Shown here: positions 1 to 13,500 of the stretch, one piece after another | Numbering within the stretch: position 1 is the first letter of the stretch | Layout: every line of letters starts with the position of its first letter | From: Nemertoderma westbladi | Taxonomy: Eukaryota > Animalia > Xenacoelomorpha | NCBI GenBank assembly: GCA_032718475.1 | Contig: JAUCBJ010008010.1 | Coordinates: 1-45,939, forward strand | Direction: 5' to 3' | DNA length: 45,939 nt | Program-made: the position numbers and the translations under genes | Notes under the pieces: model-generated | Databases searched by the model: none | The model's input: the letters and a program-made list of their open reading frames with translations, nothing else | Told to the model about the DNA's origin: nothing

Positions 1-292
1 TCTCAAGAGTAATAACGCCATTGGAACCAGCTACACTAGCTTCGCTGTTGCTGTTCCAATGGCAAAAACACGCATTACCACCCACCCTGCCCTCTCACTA
101 TTTTTACATAAATTTTATTATAAAAGTTAATGGTGCGGTTGCGGTGTATTTCTCTATTTCTTTCTTTCTATATATATATATACGAGTAAATATACGAGTT
201 TGAATTTATAATAGAGATATATAGCTTAACATACCTTAAATTACTGCCACTTGTATTTTATTTATTTATTAATATTTATTGAAGATTTGATA

Positions 293-1375
293 ATGGATCA
301 ACATATTAATTTATTGAAAGAGAAATCGTCTGGCGCCGGTATAGTTATAAAGAACGAACATACAGACTGTATAATTATAAAGAGAGAACCAACAGACTCC
401 ACCCCCTATTATCTTGATGTCAAACAAGAGAAGTGCGTTTACGGACCATCTCCCATCGAAGATCACAACAATTTGTTCGGTAGAGTAAATGTTGTCCCTG
501 TACTAGATGACGAAGATATTTCCTATGAACCATCTGGAGATTCTTTTATTGTTGAAAAACGGGAAAACGACGGCCCAGACTGTTCTTATGGTAGGCCTAT
601 TGGAACTGAAGGTACAGAACCGACAATCAGTTGTGCAACAACAGCCTCCGGTAGTTCTAATGAAACGGTTGGGGAGTTGGTATCTTCTTCAGATACCAGT
701 TCCTGTTTGCATTGCAATGAATTATTTAATGACGAAGGGAATTTAGAGAGACGTATAGAATCCGTTCATAAAGATGTAAAGAATAAGTATAAATGCGATT
801 ATTGTGAGAAACTGTTTAAATGGAAGAGTGATGCAAAGAAGCATGTTGACGCTACCCATAAAGGTATCAAACATAAGTGCGGTTATTGTAATAAAGAATT
901 CAGACAGCAAAGGAATCTAAACACCCACATTAACTTTACCCACAAAGTTATCATCAAGTATAGCTGCTCCGAATGTGGAAAATCATTTATTACAAAAGAC
1001 GCACTAAAACAACATGTCGACTCTATACATAAAGATATCAAACATAAGTGCGGTTATTGTAATAAAGAATTCAGCCAGCAAGGTAGTCTAAACACCCATG
1101 TGAACTACTTTCATAAAGATATCAAGTACAACTGTTTTCATTGTGGAAAATCATTTTCTAAAAAAGCCGTACTAAAACTACATGTCGACTCTATACATAA
1201 AGATATCAAGTACAACTGTTCTGATTGTGGAAAATCATTTGCTACAAAAGCCCACCTAAAACGACATGTCGATTCTATACATAAAGGTATCAAACATAAG
1301 TGCGTTTATTGTAATAAAGAATTCAGTCAGAAAGCCTACCTAAACACCCATGTCAATTCTGTTCATAAATCTTAA
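293..1375 (+). CDS. C2H2 zinc-finger protein (7 intact fingers plus 1 degenerate finger)
   Basis: Tandem C-x2-C-x12-H-x4-H units (CDYC, CGYC, CSEC, CGYC, CFHC, CSDC, CVYC) with KGIKHK/KDIKYN linkers and an acidic N-terminus. First in-frame ATG is at 293; the track start at 251 is a TTG. An upstream exon cannot be excluded. Confidence 0.9.
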   Translation: MDQHINLLKEKSSGAGIVIKNEHTDCIIIKREPTDSTPYYLDVKQEKCVYGPSPIEDHNNLFGRVNVVPVLDDEDISYEPSGDSFIVEKRENDGPDCSYGRPIGTEGTEPTISCATTASGSSNETVGELVSSSDTSSCLHCNELFNDEGNLERRIESVHKDVKNKYKCDYCEKLFKWKSDAKKHVDATHKGIKHKCGYCNKEFRQQRNLNTHINFTHKVIIKYSCSECGKSFITKDALKQHVDSIHKDIKHKCGYCNKEFSQQGSLNTHVNYFHKDIKYNCFHCGKSFSKKAVLKLHVDSIHKDIKYNCSDCGKSFATKAHLKRHVDSIHKGIKHKCVYCNKEFSQKAYLNTHVNSVHKS

Positions 1376-1982
1376 AGTTACCCGTAACCAAATTGTTGTA
1401 TTTGTACTGAATTATATTTGTTTTTGATCATTATTGGAAAGATGTTTCCTTTGAAGTGAATTAAATATAAAATAAATAGGTGATTGTTAATTTTTAGTTG
1501 ACTACAGTCATGCATGAGGTTTATTTCTCCGACACAATCGAATTAGCACACCCCCATCTCCCCTAGATAAGACCGATCACTTTGCAAAAGATTTAAAAGT
1601 GGTTCAAATACATTGATTTTCAATCTGGTACAGGACCGGTACGGTTATTCAGTACAGTACAGCAGTAGTTAAGTATGAAGTAGTCCTACCGGTACCGGTA
1701 CTGGCTGACTTGTAAAGCTGGGTTGACGTTACATGTTAATCAGTTTCAGTTAATTGACTAATTGACACTGTCAGACTAGAACACTCTGACACGGTTAAAC
1801 GACCTTAGATCCTGCAGGGCCTGACTTTGATGAACTTAGATATTTGCGAACTTAGTTCCTATATAAGCGAACATAGATCCACGCTACCCTGAACTGGGTG
1901 AACTTAGATCCTAAATATGTGAACTTAGATCCTAACTAGGTGAACTTAACTCCTAACGAGGTGAACTTAGATCCTAACTAGG

Positions 1983-4900
1983 CAGGCCCGTATCCTGCGG
2001 GGGGGGGGCTTTGGGGGCACTGCCCCCCCCCCCCCCCCCCAGACAAGACCCACTGCCCCCCCAGACATGTATTGTTCACTCGTCTTATTCACAATTAATT
2101 AATAATAATATTGTTGGTAATCAATAAAATTGGATTCACATACTGTACTCCTGCCCACTGACCTGACCTGACTCCCCACCATTCCATTTGGTCCAATTAT
2201 ATAATACTACATGACATTACAGTAATATACCTACCTGCCTGTAATTACTAAAAATACTCGAAAGCTCTAGGTTCTCTCATTGGCTACCAGAGTGGAGGGG
2301 TTGTTTGATGTTGACCCATTGTCTATTTGCTTGTAGTTTGGGAGCCAGCTTGCAGCTAAAAGGCTAGGCGCTGAGGGTTGCTTGCGCTGGTATCTATAGC
2401 TATAATTTGTTGTAACTTAACCTTAACCATATTAGACCTGAAGTACAGCACGCCAGCGTCGCGCAGCACGTAATATAAACTTATGTAAGTGTAATCTTGA
2501 AAGAAAAATAAGCAAAATCTAAGCAGATGCCCTTGATCACTTTACACCAGCCTAGAGGCAGGGTTTAAAACTGCAGTCGATTTAACCCTTGTGCTCTCTT
2601 TGAGGTCATTTTTGACCCATCGAAGATTTAAACTTACACAATTTTATCACACATTATATTTTATCTCGAAATTTTGTGACATTTATTATTTTATAGTAGC
2701 CTACTTCTCAATTAGAAAAACAAAAATGTAAAAATTTGCAAGGGGGTCTATTTAATTTTACAATTTATAGGGGCCTACACATATTGACTTTGAGGTCAAA
2801 TTTCACCTCATCGTGTTTTGTACTTGTACCATTCAATATCAACGAAAAACTTTAATGAATTTCAACTCAGTTCGCAAATCAGATGTCATCAAATGAGCCC
2901 AAACTTCGATAGATACCAAAATTTTGATTTGGGGATGACAAGAAATATTCCCACAGGCACATGGCAAGTTCCCGCCCTTGGTGCAAGTGAGTCATATTCC
3001 CCATTTTTGTGATGATCAACGTCTAGTATTCCTACTGCATTGATATTATGTTCATTTAGAACCGCAATGACCGATTTAGTTGTTGTAGACACCTTCAAAA
3101 CAAGCATAGAGCGAATTGTTTTTGAGATATTTGTCAGGTATTTGTCAATATCGCATCAAGGCGCTAATTTTGACTTGTGCCAGACTTCACATTATCTGCA
3201 ATATCTCAAAAACTATTCGCTCTATGCATGTTTTGAAGGTGTCTACACCAACTAAATCGGTCATTGCGGTTCTATTGAGCATAAATATCAATGCAGTAGA
3301 AATAATAGAAGTTGATCATCACAAAAATGGGGAATATGACTCACTTGCACCAATGGCGGGAACTGGCTATGTACCTGTGGGAATATTTCCTGTCATCCCC
3401 AAATCAAAATTTTGGTATCTATCGAAGTTTAGGCTCATTTTATGACATCTGATGTGCAAACTGAGTCGAAATTCGACAACAAGTTTTTTGGATCACCCAT
3501 ACCCTCCCATTAACCTGAGGTCAAAATTGACCTCAAAGGAATCATCTGTTTGAGAAACGAAAGGGTACACAAGGGTTAAGACCACAGAAATTGTTTAAAT
3601 GACACAGCTAATGGTCGAGTACAATTCTGCCAAGTTTCAGTGTAAAAGCTTTTGCGGACATAACAAGTCATTTTTACGCAATGCGCAGAATACTCTAAAA
3701 TAGCCCTAAATTTATCCAACTACGCGACGGGAAGGAATTAGAACCCAGATGAAGAAATCTGTCAGCTGATTCTTTGTAGACGTGGAAGTTCTTTGTTCTG
3801 TCTTATTAGCCAATCAGAGCAATTTTCACTTTACAGCTCACAGAAACCTATGGAAACTCGCGCAATGCATTTCGGTCTTTGTTTACTATTTTTCTAAGCA
3901 TCAGAACCAACTCAGAATTTCTGTGCTTCTGTGCGGAAGTTTCAGACTTTGGCCTAGGAACATCAGATGGTCTTGATTATAAGAACGTAAATCTATTAAC
4001 TGATGAACATTACCTCATTTACTCCTTTCTCATTACTGGACCACTGCATAAGTAACACATACTGACTGATCACCGCATTATTTTACTTCTGTTTTGTATA
4101 TTATTAATTGTTGTTATATTAATGGATATTGATGTTATATTTGGAGAATACCGATAAATAATCATAAACCCCTCAATCTTATTGATTACTGAGGTAAGAG
4201 GAATAGAGTTTACCGGTAGCAACTGCGACTTAAATTATAATGGTTTTGTGTGAATTAAATGCTATTTCATAATCCCTACGAGTGTCAGTTGCGATCCTCC
4301 TTATATATGATCAAATTCAGTGACGGTCGGCAGATTAGTGCGAACTAGAGTGAAGTAGTGTGAAGGTTAATAAAGCATCTCCTAAAGAATGCGCTATTTA
4401 CGAAACTCTGTGGCCATCCAGTTGTGATTAGTATAAGTCATAACTCTGTTTTTATATCTAAAGCGCCACGTCCTAAAGGATCTGTTAATATTTCCCCGAA
4501 AATAAATATAGTTGTCAGAGATTATATAGTAGCGATCAATCAAATAATACAGTAGGTCTACACTGCAATAACTCTCAAGGAATCCGAATCCAGTCTCCCA
4601 CACCGTGGGTCATACGCCGCGCACGGACTGGCTTCGGCTGAGGTAACTTCAGTACACTACGTAATTGATAAAAGGCTAAAGTCTATTTATAAACAAGAGG
4701 ACAACTAAAATTGGCAGGTTAAACTGCTAAAGGTCAAAAAGCGCGAACATTCAGCTTAAACGGATTAAAAGCAAAGAAATGGGAGGACATTTAATGTTTA
4801 GACATGTAGCCATCTAGCGGGCGACTGTTGAACTGTTGGGGTCAAAAGTCGCTAAATAATGTCAAGTTTTGGACATATTTATGCCTACAAATTTTCAATT

Positions 4901-6359
4901 CGACAGCTTTAAATCTGACAAAGATTTAATGTCATAATAGTTACGTCAACAACTATTTGCCATTATTGACACGTTCGTGGGGCCTTCGCTCAGCACGAGG
5001 CCCAGTTATGAGATACAAATTAAAATCGAGCGACTGTATCACAAAATCAGTATTTAACTGTATAAATTAGTAAAATTTAGAAATTTAACCACACCGCCAG
5101 TCAATCAAAGAAAGAGCGGACAGTACGTGTTCAGCCCTTTTAATCTACACCCCCCCACCCTTCCCACCCACCAATATATAACCGCGACATCTACCACCCA
5201 CGGAAGGGTAGCACGAACTTATTTCCAATCGCAAGTTCAATATGCGAAGCCAGGTGGTTTATATGAATATAATCAACGCAGTACTAAATACAGTCGATGC
5301 CGTAATGAATGATATTCAAATAATTTATTTAATATACTGTGAATGCCTCTGAAAACTTAGACAATTAAAATACAGAGAAATCCCATCAGAAAATAATAAG
5401 CCTAATATTTTAAGAAATAAGCAATTTTGGATATAAGCCTTCTGCTGTGGTAATCTTATTGACTGACAAACATTAAATGAGATCTGTCTATTACCTGAGA
5501 AAAGAACACAGACTCTATAGTGTAATAGGAGGTAGGGAATGCAGGTTTCAATCTCGTTAGGTCTAGCTGGCCAATCTCTCTACCAGCCGTGTGGTTAGTT
5601 AATACAACCCCCCTCCACTCGCATTCCCAGCAACTGGCTGCCTTACTAACACACATCCTTCCCATCTATGTACCAGCCAACTTGCATGTTGGCCAATAAA
5701 TGAGCAGTATTTAATGATAATCAATTTTTTATGCCGTTTTAATTACTTTAGCTAAATTAAAGACACAATTATTAAAGCAAATCACTTGAACTAATTAAAA
5801 ACTATAATAGAATGGCGTATGTGGATTACATCTGTATAATTTTTAAGTATAATTATTGAAGTCTTATACTGTAAAATAATTAATTTCCTTTAACGGGCAT
5901 GTTTAAAGTGCTGTTTTTACCGTAATCAATTTAATTAACTAATTAACTGCTATTATCTTAGCTTCTTGAAGGCCACACGAAATTTCAACTTGAAAATTTC
6001 CAAACTTTTGCCAAACAACATGAGTGTACCAAGTTTGGATAGATTTCATCGAAGATTGGCCGAGTTATTAACGTTTAAAATTGAACACGACAGAACGACA
6101 GGTTGATTAATGGTACCACTACGCTAAGGCTCACTCACCTCGTGGCTCGCCCCACATTCTCCTTAACAGTGTCAATTCGCCAAGACTCCGCCAACTTCGT
6201 AGCTTGCCCCACACACCTTTCAACAATATTTATTATAGGCCTACGTACTTTATGTACTAAATTAACTCTCAGTTTGTTGTATGCTCCCCAAATCCCAGGG
6301 GTTTGCCCCCCAGATTTGGCCTCTGCCGCCCCAGATATTATGATCACCATACGGACCTG
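1983..6359. mobile_element. hAT-like non-autonomous DNA transposon
   Basis: TIRs CAGGCCCGTA / TACGGACCTG (1 mismatch); perfect 8-bp TSD TAACTAGG at 1975-1982 and 6360-6367; GC-rich subterminal TGCCCCCC motifs at both ends. Confidence 0.85.
2586..3575. mobile_element. piggyBac-like (TTAA-specific) MITE with long internal palindrome
   Basis: TTAA at 2582-2585 and 3576-3579; TIR CCCTTGTG/CACAAGGG; subterminal TTTGAGGTCA/TGACCTCAAA; internal inverted arms ~2845-3140 and ~3195-3489. Confidence 0.85.
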
Positions 6360-6976
6360 TAACTAGGTGAACTTAGATACTAACTAGGTGAACTTAGATC
6401 CCAATTTATGCTATTAAAGTTTTTGGTAATCATCATGCTAGTCGCAGCGAACTTAGATCCCACGTTGAAAGTAAAGCGAAGTTAGATCTTAGGTAGACTT
6501 AGATCCCAATTTATACAAATTCCTTAGCATACGCTAGAGGAGAAGCAAACTTAGATCGCACGTGTACTGTGCGTTGGCCGCGCGTTTGATCGATATTATC
6601 ATATATTATACTGTGTTACATTAAGCATATAAAAGTACTTATATGATCTAATGGAAATAAAGTCGTACATTCAGTTTGCGATCAGTGACTCACCAACAAA
6701 CTATAATTTGCCAATTAATAGCTAATTCATTGCAATGTATTGGTGGTAGGATCTAAGTTCGCTTTCCCTTCAAGCGTGATAATATTTTCAGTAAGGCCTG
6801 CTGGCCTATGGGAATGACATTTCACATTAACACAGCTACGGTACAGTAATATATACAAGGTGGGATCTAAGTTCGTATTTTGAGGATCTAAGTTCGTATG
6901 GGAAGGATCTAAGTTCGTATGGAAAGTTTCTATGTTCACCCAAGATCTAAGTTTGTTCAGGATATGAGGATCTAGG

Positions 6977-9630
6977 GAGAGAGGGCTGTTGCGCTGTCAG
7001 TCAGAGAGGTAACAGCCTGTGGGGTAAGGATTTACCTCTGGGACCTGTATTAGGCAAAATAGCAGTAGCTGTGTAGGCCCACCAGTACTGTGCACGGTAC
7101 ATACCCGAAATTTAGCCTACATCTGTAAATAATACTGTAATACACGGTTTCGCGGTACAAGACCATATAAATTAGACCACCATCCATCTGTAAAATGCTC
7201 GCGTGAGTTCAGGAGTTGCACAGACAGACAGATGTCAGGATGTGCTGATTCTATATCATGCACTAGGCCTTACGGATTCTGGTAGCCTGGAACTAGACCA
7301 CTACAAAAACTGATGCGACAGAGCGAGGTGCCGTTAGCCTAACATTTCTTGGCGGCTGATCCGATAACACAACGCATTGTATGGTTGGACATTGACATTA
7401 CCGGTACCGGTATTGCATTATAGTGTACAATATTACATACTGATTAGTATGGATTGAGAAATTGGACATATTACTGTATTATTGGACGTCAATGGATGGA
7501 TAGGTTTGGTTTGAGAAACTAATATCACGTAGGCCTACGTAATCATATCTCTGCGTTAATTATTACTATATCCACTGGCTCCCAGCCACCTTCAACAAAC
7601 CATCATTCAGTCATTGCTGGGGGGCACTCAGCTGAGGGGGCGGAGCGTATTAAAAACTCTTAAGTATCGCGACCTAATGGACAGAATGGACCGGGCCATT
7701 TCTTTCACCCCGTGACCTTTGGCCGCCCTGGTCCAAAGACATCCACCTTCCTCCGGGAGATCGGAGCTCGCCTCCACAGTGCCACCCACGAACCGCGGTC
7801 ACACCAGTTTCTGCTCCAGCGCCTGGAGATGGCAATTTTGGTTGGTATTGCAGCCTCAGTCCAACAGTCATGGGGACAGCAACCACGCCGACCATCGGTC
7901 TATTCGGGCACCGAAGAGCCGAAACCAATCGAAACTGTCGAAATGGTTGCCAATGGAGTCACCAACGGGATGACGGCCGAAGATATTCAATACTCTCTTA
8001 TACAATCTCAAATATTCAATGTTCGATCCCTAGATGAGGCAGTACTGTTTGGGCACAGTGCTTTAAATGCTGCAGCCTAGCCCAACCCCGGCTTTCATCC
8101 TTCAGTGGTCGATTGGGAACCAAGGCAACTTGGGAAACAGAGTGGAAGGGTTTACTGTGGAAGATCACCCATGGTGGTGAACAGGCATTCCTTGGCTTAA
8201 CGAGCCTAAAAGATTCTCCCATTCAAATACTCAATTCGGTACTGTACCTTCAATTCAATATTCAATCTTAGTATTATTTCTGTGCTTCGTTATTTAATAA
8301 TGTGATTAGATAAAAAAATAAATTAATGAAATATAATTCATCTGTCAATTATTACAAAAAAAAATCCAACATTATATTAACATTTATATAGTTTTGAATT
8401 AAATGTTTCGAAATCAACAGTCATTCAATGAACTTATAAAGCAGTGTCATATATCGCGTATCCCTTGGTTTAATCACTATTCTTTATTCAAGTATAACTG
8501 AATCCTGGCCCACCGCCTTCACCCTCCACTGATAATTTAAAATCGTAACTCATTCAATCTATACCAAACTTGGTAAACATGTAATATTTTAGTAGTAAAC
8601 AAGCTGTTATTTGCGTCGATTTTCACCTGGAGAGGGAAGAATATTGATTGCCCCCCCCCCCCCCCCCCCCCCCCTACCTGCAGTTAAGTGAAAATATTTC
8701 GGCACCATTTAATTTTATTATCACGGTCGCGCATCAAGTAGTCTGTCAAAAGATACAATTCATTATTAACATAACAAAATTAATTATAATAATTCTAAAA
8801 ATATAAGGCAGATTATCCTAAAGTTAGCTCTTTAGTCTTTAGCAATCTTATACATTGACAAGACTTATAAAATAATTGATGTTGAATAATTATTATTAAG
8901 ATTAAAATATATTATTAGGAATTCGAAGAAAGCAAATTGTATTGAGTTAGTATTGGCAGGTTAATCTCACAAACCAGTCTAGTCTAACTTTACAGTAGTC
9001 TTGTTCGCATTGTTCCAGGTTTAGGCCTATAGATGCCACCATCTTCGTTCCAGGTTTAATACTGTAATACACTCCGTTATCCGTCTCGATCGCTTCGCTA
9101 TGCATCATCTTACTGGGTTTAATAAACTCCATCGCCTTCCTGTCGTCCTCTGTTTTGTAGATTACTTCGCCATCGTCTGATCGCTTTGGTTGCGTGTTTA
9201 ATACTGTAATAGACTTCGTTGCCATCGTATCGTTCTGGATACATTGAATAGACTCCATTGTCCATCGCTATCGTTTCATTGTTTACGCGTAATTGACTCC
9301 GTCGCCTCCTCGGATTAGGAATCCAGAATCCGGCCGGGTTTCGTAGATTCCGCCATCATCGTTCAGCAGTTCAGTGTTTTTAATCAAAGCCAGAATTCCG
9401 GCACCGGCACCACGATCAACGATTTCGGAAGTAACAGATTCCGTCAACAACACTCGGGGTTTAAAAAATACAATACTATCGGGCAACTTGTAATTGGGCG
9501 ATCATCTATCTGATAGTTGAAAAAGACTGTCTGACAGTTGGTATCAGACTATCTGATAGTTAGCGCCCCATGGGTAAATCCTTACCCCATGGGCTGTTAC
9601 CTCTCTGACTGACAGCGCAACAGCCCCTAT
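6977..9630. mobile_element. TIR element (possibly Mutator-like) with ~60-bp TIRs carrying captured fragments
   Basis: GGGCTGTTGCGCTGTCAGTCAGAGAGGTAACAGCC (6983-) is inverted at 9566-9626. Flanked by AGGATCTAGG at 6967-6976 and 9631-9640, a candidate TSD that also resembles the host repeat motif. Confidence 0.65.
7620..7875 (+). pseudogene. 3' fragment of a CRE/NeSL-type non-LTR retrotransposon (restriction-like endonuclease C-terminus)
   Basis: TFGRPGPKTSTFLREIGARLHSATHEPRSHQFLLQRLEMAILVGIAASV matches the remembered CRE-clade C-terminal pattern G..G..A..FL..LG.RL......R...FL.QR.S.AIQRGNA.SV. Confidence 0.6.
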
Positions 9631-10659
9631 AGGATCTAGGTGCTCTAGGATCCAAAGCCGGGAACCGATATTGAACAATATACAGCAATAGCATGCATCA
9701 ATAGTCAATTCTTATAAATATCTTGGAGTCACTTTTCAACCCACAATGAGTTTCTTTCACTTTCAGCTTATCATTCAATTCGATCCCCTCATATACTTTC
9801 AGTTTCAACAGCACTTAAATTATTCACAATCAAAATTCACCCAATTATTACTTATTGTTTTCGGGAAACGTGGCCATTTCTAACAGCTGCAAATTTGCAC
9901 CAATTGGACAAAATAAAATCGAGTTTTATCAAATATTTTATCATTATTATTTTATCATTATTATTATTTTATTTTATATCAAAGTTTTATCAAATATGTG
10001 CATAAATCTACACAGAACCGACTAGTCTTAGCAATTTGTGGAGAGGAAAATCTTATAATCGAACTAGTTGAACGTCTCAATCTGCCGCATACAACTGAAT
10101 TCAAAAAGTATAAAGAAGTAATTTCAGCTAAAACAAACGAAATCAACCCGGACTTTTGGACTAGTTCGGTATTTATTGATTTAAATTGTACTGGTCCAAA
10201 CCGCCCAAATAGACACGTTACTACGCGATACGCGATACACGGGTTCCACCACCGAGTATGTCAGAACCGGGACTTTCACATGGTGACCACCGATTCTTGC
10301 GTCTGTGTGCTTGTGCAATGGACCAGCAACGCTGTACCATCTCGATTCATGTACCCATAACAGCTGGACATTGCGGAAATGGGCCACAAATTCTTAATTA
10401 CCCCCCCCCCCCCAATCATTCATCTCATAAATTAATTTTATTTATTTTTGTGCATTAATTATTAAAATATTTGTCTATATATTTTACTTGCCTTTGGTGT
10501 CTCTCGCGGGCTTAATTAATTATTATAATTATATAGCATGCATGCGCCGAAAAACGGGCACTCCAAACCAAGTAATTCACACGAAGTAATGTCAAGTACT
10601 GGAACCTGTACAGTATGCAGTAGTTTGACTGTTTAATGGTGCCTTCTTTTGGGTCCCCG

Positions 10660-10842
10660 CCGGCTTTTAGATCCTAGAACACCTTAGATGCTGAATCCTC
10701 AACATACGAACTTAGATCCCACCTTGCATACTGTATATTGCTGTACTGTATAGTTGTGTTAATGTGAAATGTCATTCCCATAGGCCTGCAGACCCTACGG
10801 TAAATATTATCATGCTTGACTTAGGCGAACTTAGATCCTAAG
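10660..10842. repeat. Inverted partial second copy of the GAACTTAGATCC element end
   Basis: Reverse complement aligns by eye to 6750-6976 plus 9631-9662 (e.g. TGTGTTAATGTGAAATGTCATTCCCATAGGCC vs GGCCTATGGGAATGACATTTCACATTAACACA). Confidence 0.75.
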
Positions 10843-11859
10843 TGGGAAGTTCACCCAGATAGGATCTTGCATGATCGATGTTCTTTTGACCACCTCTTTT
10901 ATATCCTATACATACTGTAGATAGATGATAGACATAGATCTGTAGGTGATGGGGGCCTACTTTACCTGTTTACTAAACATCTAACAATCCTGCAACAATA
11001 TGCAGTTTACCGGTACCCTAAATAACCGGAACTACCGGTCTAGCAGATAATTTCCACCCCCCCTAAAAATTCAACAGCCCGGATAAAATTCCGTAGTGTA
11101 TTTTCACCCCCCGCACGGTTAAAATTCACTAGTGTATTTTAACCGTGGGTGAAACTACTCTGGGTGATTTTTTAGTGAAATTTTACCCCTCTCAGTGTAT
11201 TATTATCCCCCATGATATTTTAAATTTCATTATTAATTGAATTACGATATAAGCCGTCAGTGACTTTCTAGGGTGATATCGATATCTAATACTGTACTGT
11301 ACAATGCTACAGAGATTCGACAATAAATAAATTGAATATTCAGTGCTGTTATCGATGATAGTGAGCTCGATTGGTGTTTGTGTGTTGAATTTTGAAACAT
11401 TATGATCAATTCGGCGAGAAAAACACACAGACATCCAAGTCTAAATGACATGCTGCGCGAAGGGCCTAATTTCATGTAACTCACGTGCTGCGCATGGGTC
11501 GCGAAATGCCAAACTGTGTCATTCATTGGAATATGTTTACCTCAAGTCTCGTCGGGGCATTGAAAATCGAATAATGAGAGAAAATAACACAAAAATTTTT
11601 GGAGGTACACTACACACTACACTACAGTAAGGACAATCTCTTACGACGTTCAGAGTTCAGACATTCTGAAATCCCTGCAATGAAAGACTTATACGGAAAG
11701 GTTTATACTAGTGACTAGTGATGTTGATCGAGCAAACTTACTGTAATCTAATGACACTTTCAAGTCAGTGTTTCCTACTATGATGGAAATGACCCATTTC
11801 CATCACCCCCCCCCCCCCCCCCCCCCCCCCCCGGCATTACACTATCATCAATAAAATTT

Positions 11860-13150
11860 GACAGGGTGGAGATAAACAACATCTTAAACAATCTAAAGCC
11901 TGGTAAAGCTTCAGGTCCTGACGATATACAGTACCCCCTTTCTTGCTTCAATATCTGTATGTTTGGATATGTGGGCCTTTAGAGACGCCTTTCCAACAGT
12001 TCCATGATTGCAGCTTCGTACCTACAGTAGTTTATGGCTTCTTGCTCATATTACACCTTTGTTCAAAAATAAGGGTTCTCGTTCAGATTCGGCAAATTTC
12101 AGACCCATTTCGTTAACTTCGATACTTGTCAAAGTAATGGAAAACTCGTCAGAAATGAAATTATGTCATATCTAGTACGAATAAAGGCTATCAGTTCTAA
12201 GCAACATGGATTTCAACAGAAAAAAATCAACCCTCACTCAGTTACTTGAATCATCTTATAAGTGGGTCAGGTTCCGAAATAGTGGTTGCCCAGTAGATAT
12301 TATTTACACCGATTTCCATAGAGCTTTCGACAAGGTTTCACATGAGAAGCTTATCATCAAATAACGGTCATACGGAATTCAGGGTCGATTACTTGCATGG
12401 ATTGAGGCCTTTTTATCTAACCGTAACCAAATGTACAGTTATAAATGGCGCTTTCTCAGCACCGGCTTTGGTATCCAGTGGTGTCCCTCAAGGCAGCGTC
12501 ATTGCGCCGATTTTATTTGTAATATTTACTGTATTAATAATATTATATTCAACATATCCACAAATGGGAAGCTCTATGCGGATGACACCAAACTCTAACA
12601 ATCGATATCCTCCACAAACGACTCGATGCTTCTCCAGGATGATGGGATTCATGGGTGAAACATGCCTCCAACATCTAAGAGAAGCGAAAGATTTAGGAAT
12701 AATAATTTCATCAGATATGAGGTTCAGTGAACATGTGGCGTATGTGACAACCAAAGCACGTAAAACATGTCAGATTTGGCGAAATTTCCGGCATCGTAGT
12801 GGTCAGTCTCAATTTGAGCTGATTAAAATTTACGCACGACCCGTTTTAGAACATAATTATCCTATTTGGTGTCCATACTTAGATAGGGATATAAATATTA
12901 TAGAACAGGTCCAACGAGACTTTATACAAGATACCTGCCTGGTCTATAAGGTTTAAGCTATGCAGATCGCTTAAACCGTCTCAACACCCGATCCTTAGAG
13001 GAACGTCGTATTTTCATTGATCTGATGGAGATGTATAAAATAATTCGTGGTTTCAGTCCTCTAAGTAATCTACCGATATTTCATCGTCTTCCTTCTAGAA
13101 CTCGATCAAACGGATATAAAGTAAACATTCCACATTCCGGATGATTCTAA
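11860..13150 (+). pseudogene. Decayed CR1/L2-like LINE reverse transcriptase
   Basis: Frameshifted motifs LNNLKPGKASGPDDI, NFRPISLTSILVKVME, QHGF, DIIYTDF..AFDKVSH, SGVPQGSVIAPILF, KDLGIIISSDMRFSEHV, YARPVLE, IEQVQR, SLEERR. Confidence 0.9.
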
Positions 13151-13500
13151 ACGCAATAATTTTTATTGTCCGTTTTTATCCTTTTTTTGTCATTTTTTTT
13201 TTATTTTTTATGTCATCCAAAAGTCTAATATTATTCTGTATTTTAGTACCGGTACCGGCACTGGTACTGCTATAGGCCTACTGTGTAGCCTACCATTTAA
13301 ATACGGTAATGGTAGGCCTACTGGCCTACCGGTTGTGCTAATAAATTTTAAATAATTGATAGGAGAATAATATCTTTCACATAATTTAGGCCTGTAATAT
13401 TTTTATAATCAATAATGGATCATGACTACTGTCTGAATAGTGTTACGGATAGCGGCACCACTACTTCCAACAGCACAGATCAGTTCATAAACTCATCCGT

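Larger units (their letters stand above)
1791..9662. mobile_element. Degenerate non-autonomous DNA element with subterminal GAACTTAGATCC repeats, host to nested insertions
   Basis: GAACTTAGATCC motifs in forward orientation at ~1803-1980 and 6368-6560, and inverted (GGATCTAAGTTC) at 6749-6976, resuming at 9631-9662. Ends approximate; no TSD identified. Confidence 0.55.

Noticed and set aside
2889-3445. Pair of similar ORFs on opposite strands (also 30887-31069 and 37429-37611)
   Set aside because: Produced by inverted repeats of non-autonomous transposons, not genes.
8650-11832. Long poly-C runs (also ~2023-2040) as functional G-quadruplex elements
   Set aside because: Simple homopolymers recurring in unrelated contexts, with unreliable length and no supporting structure.
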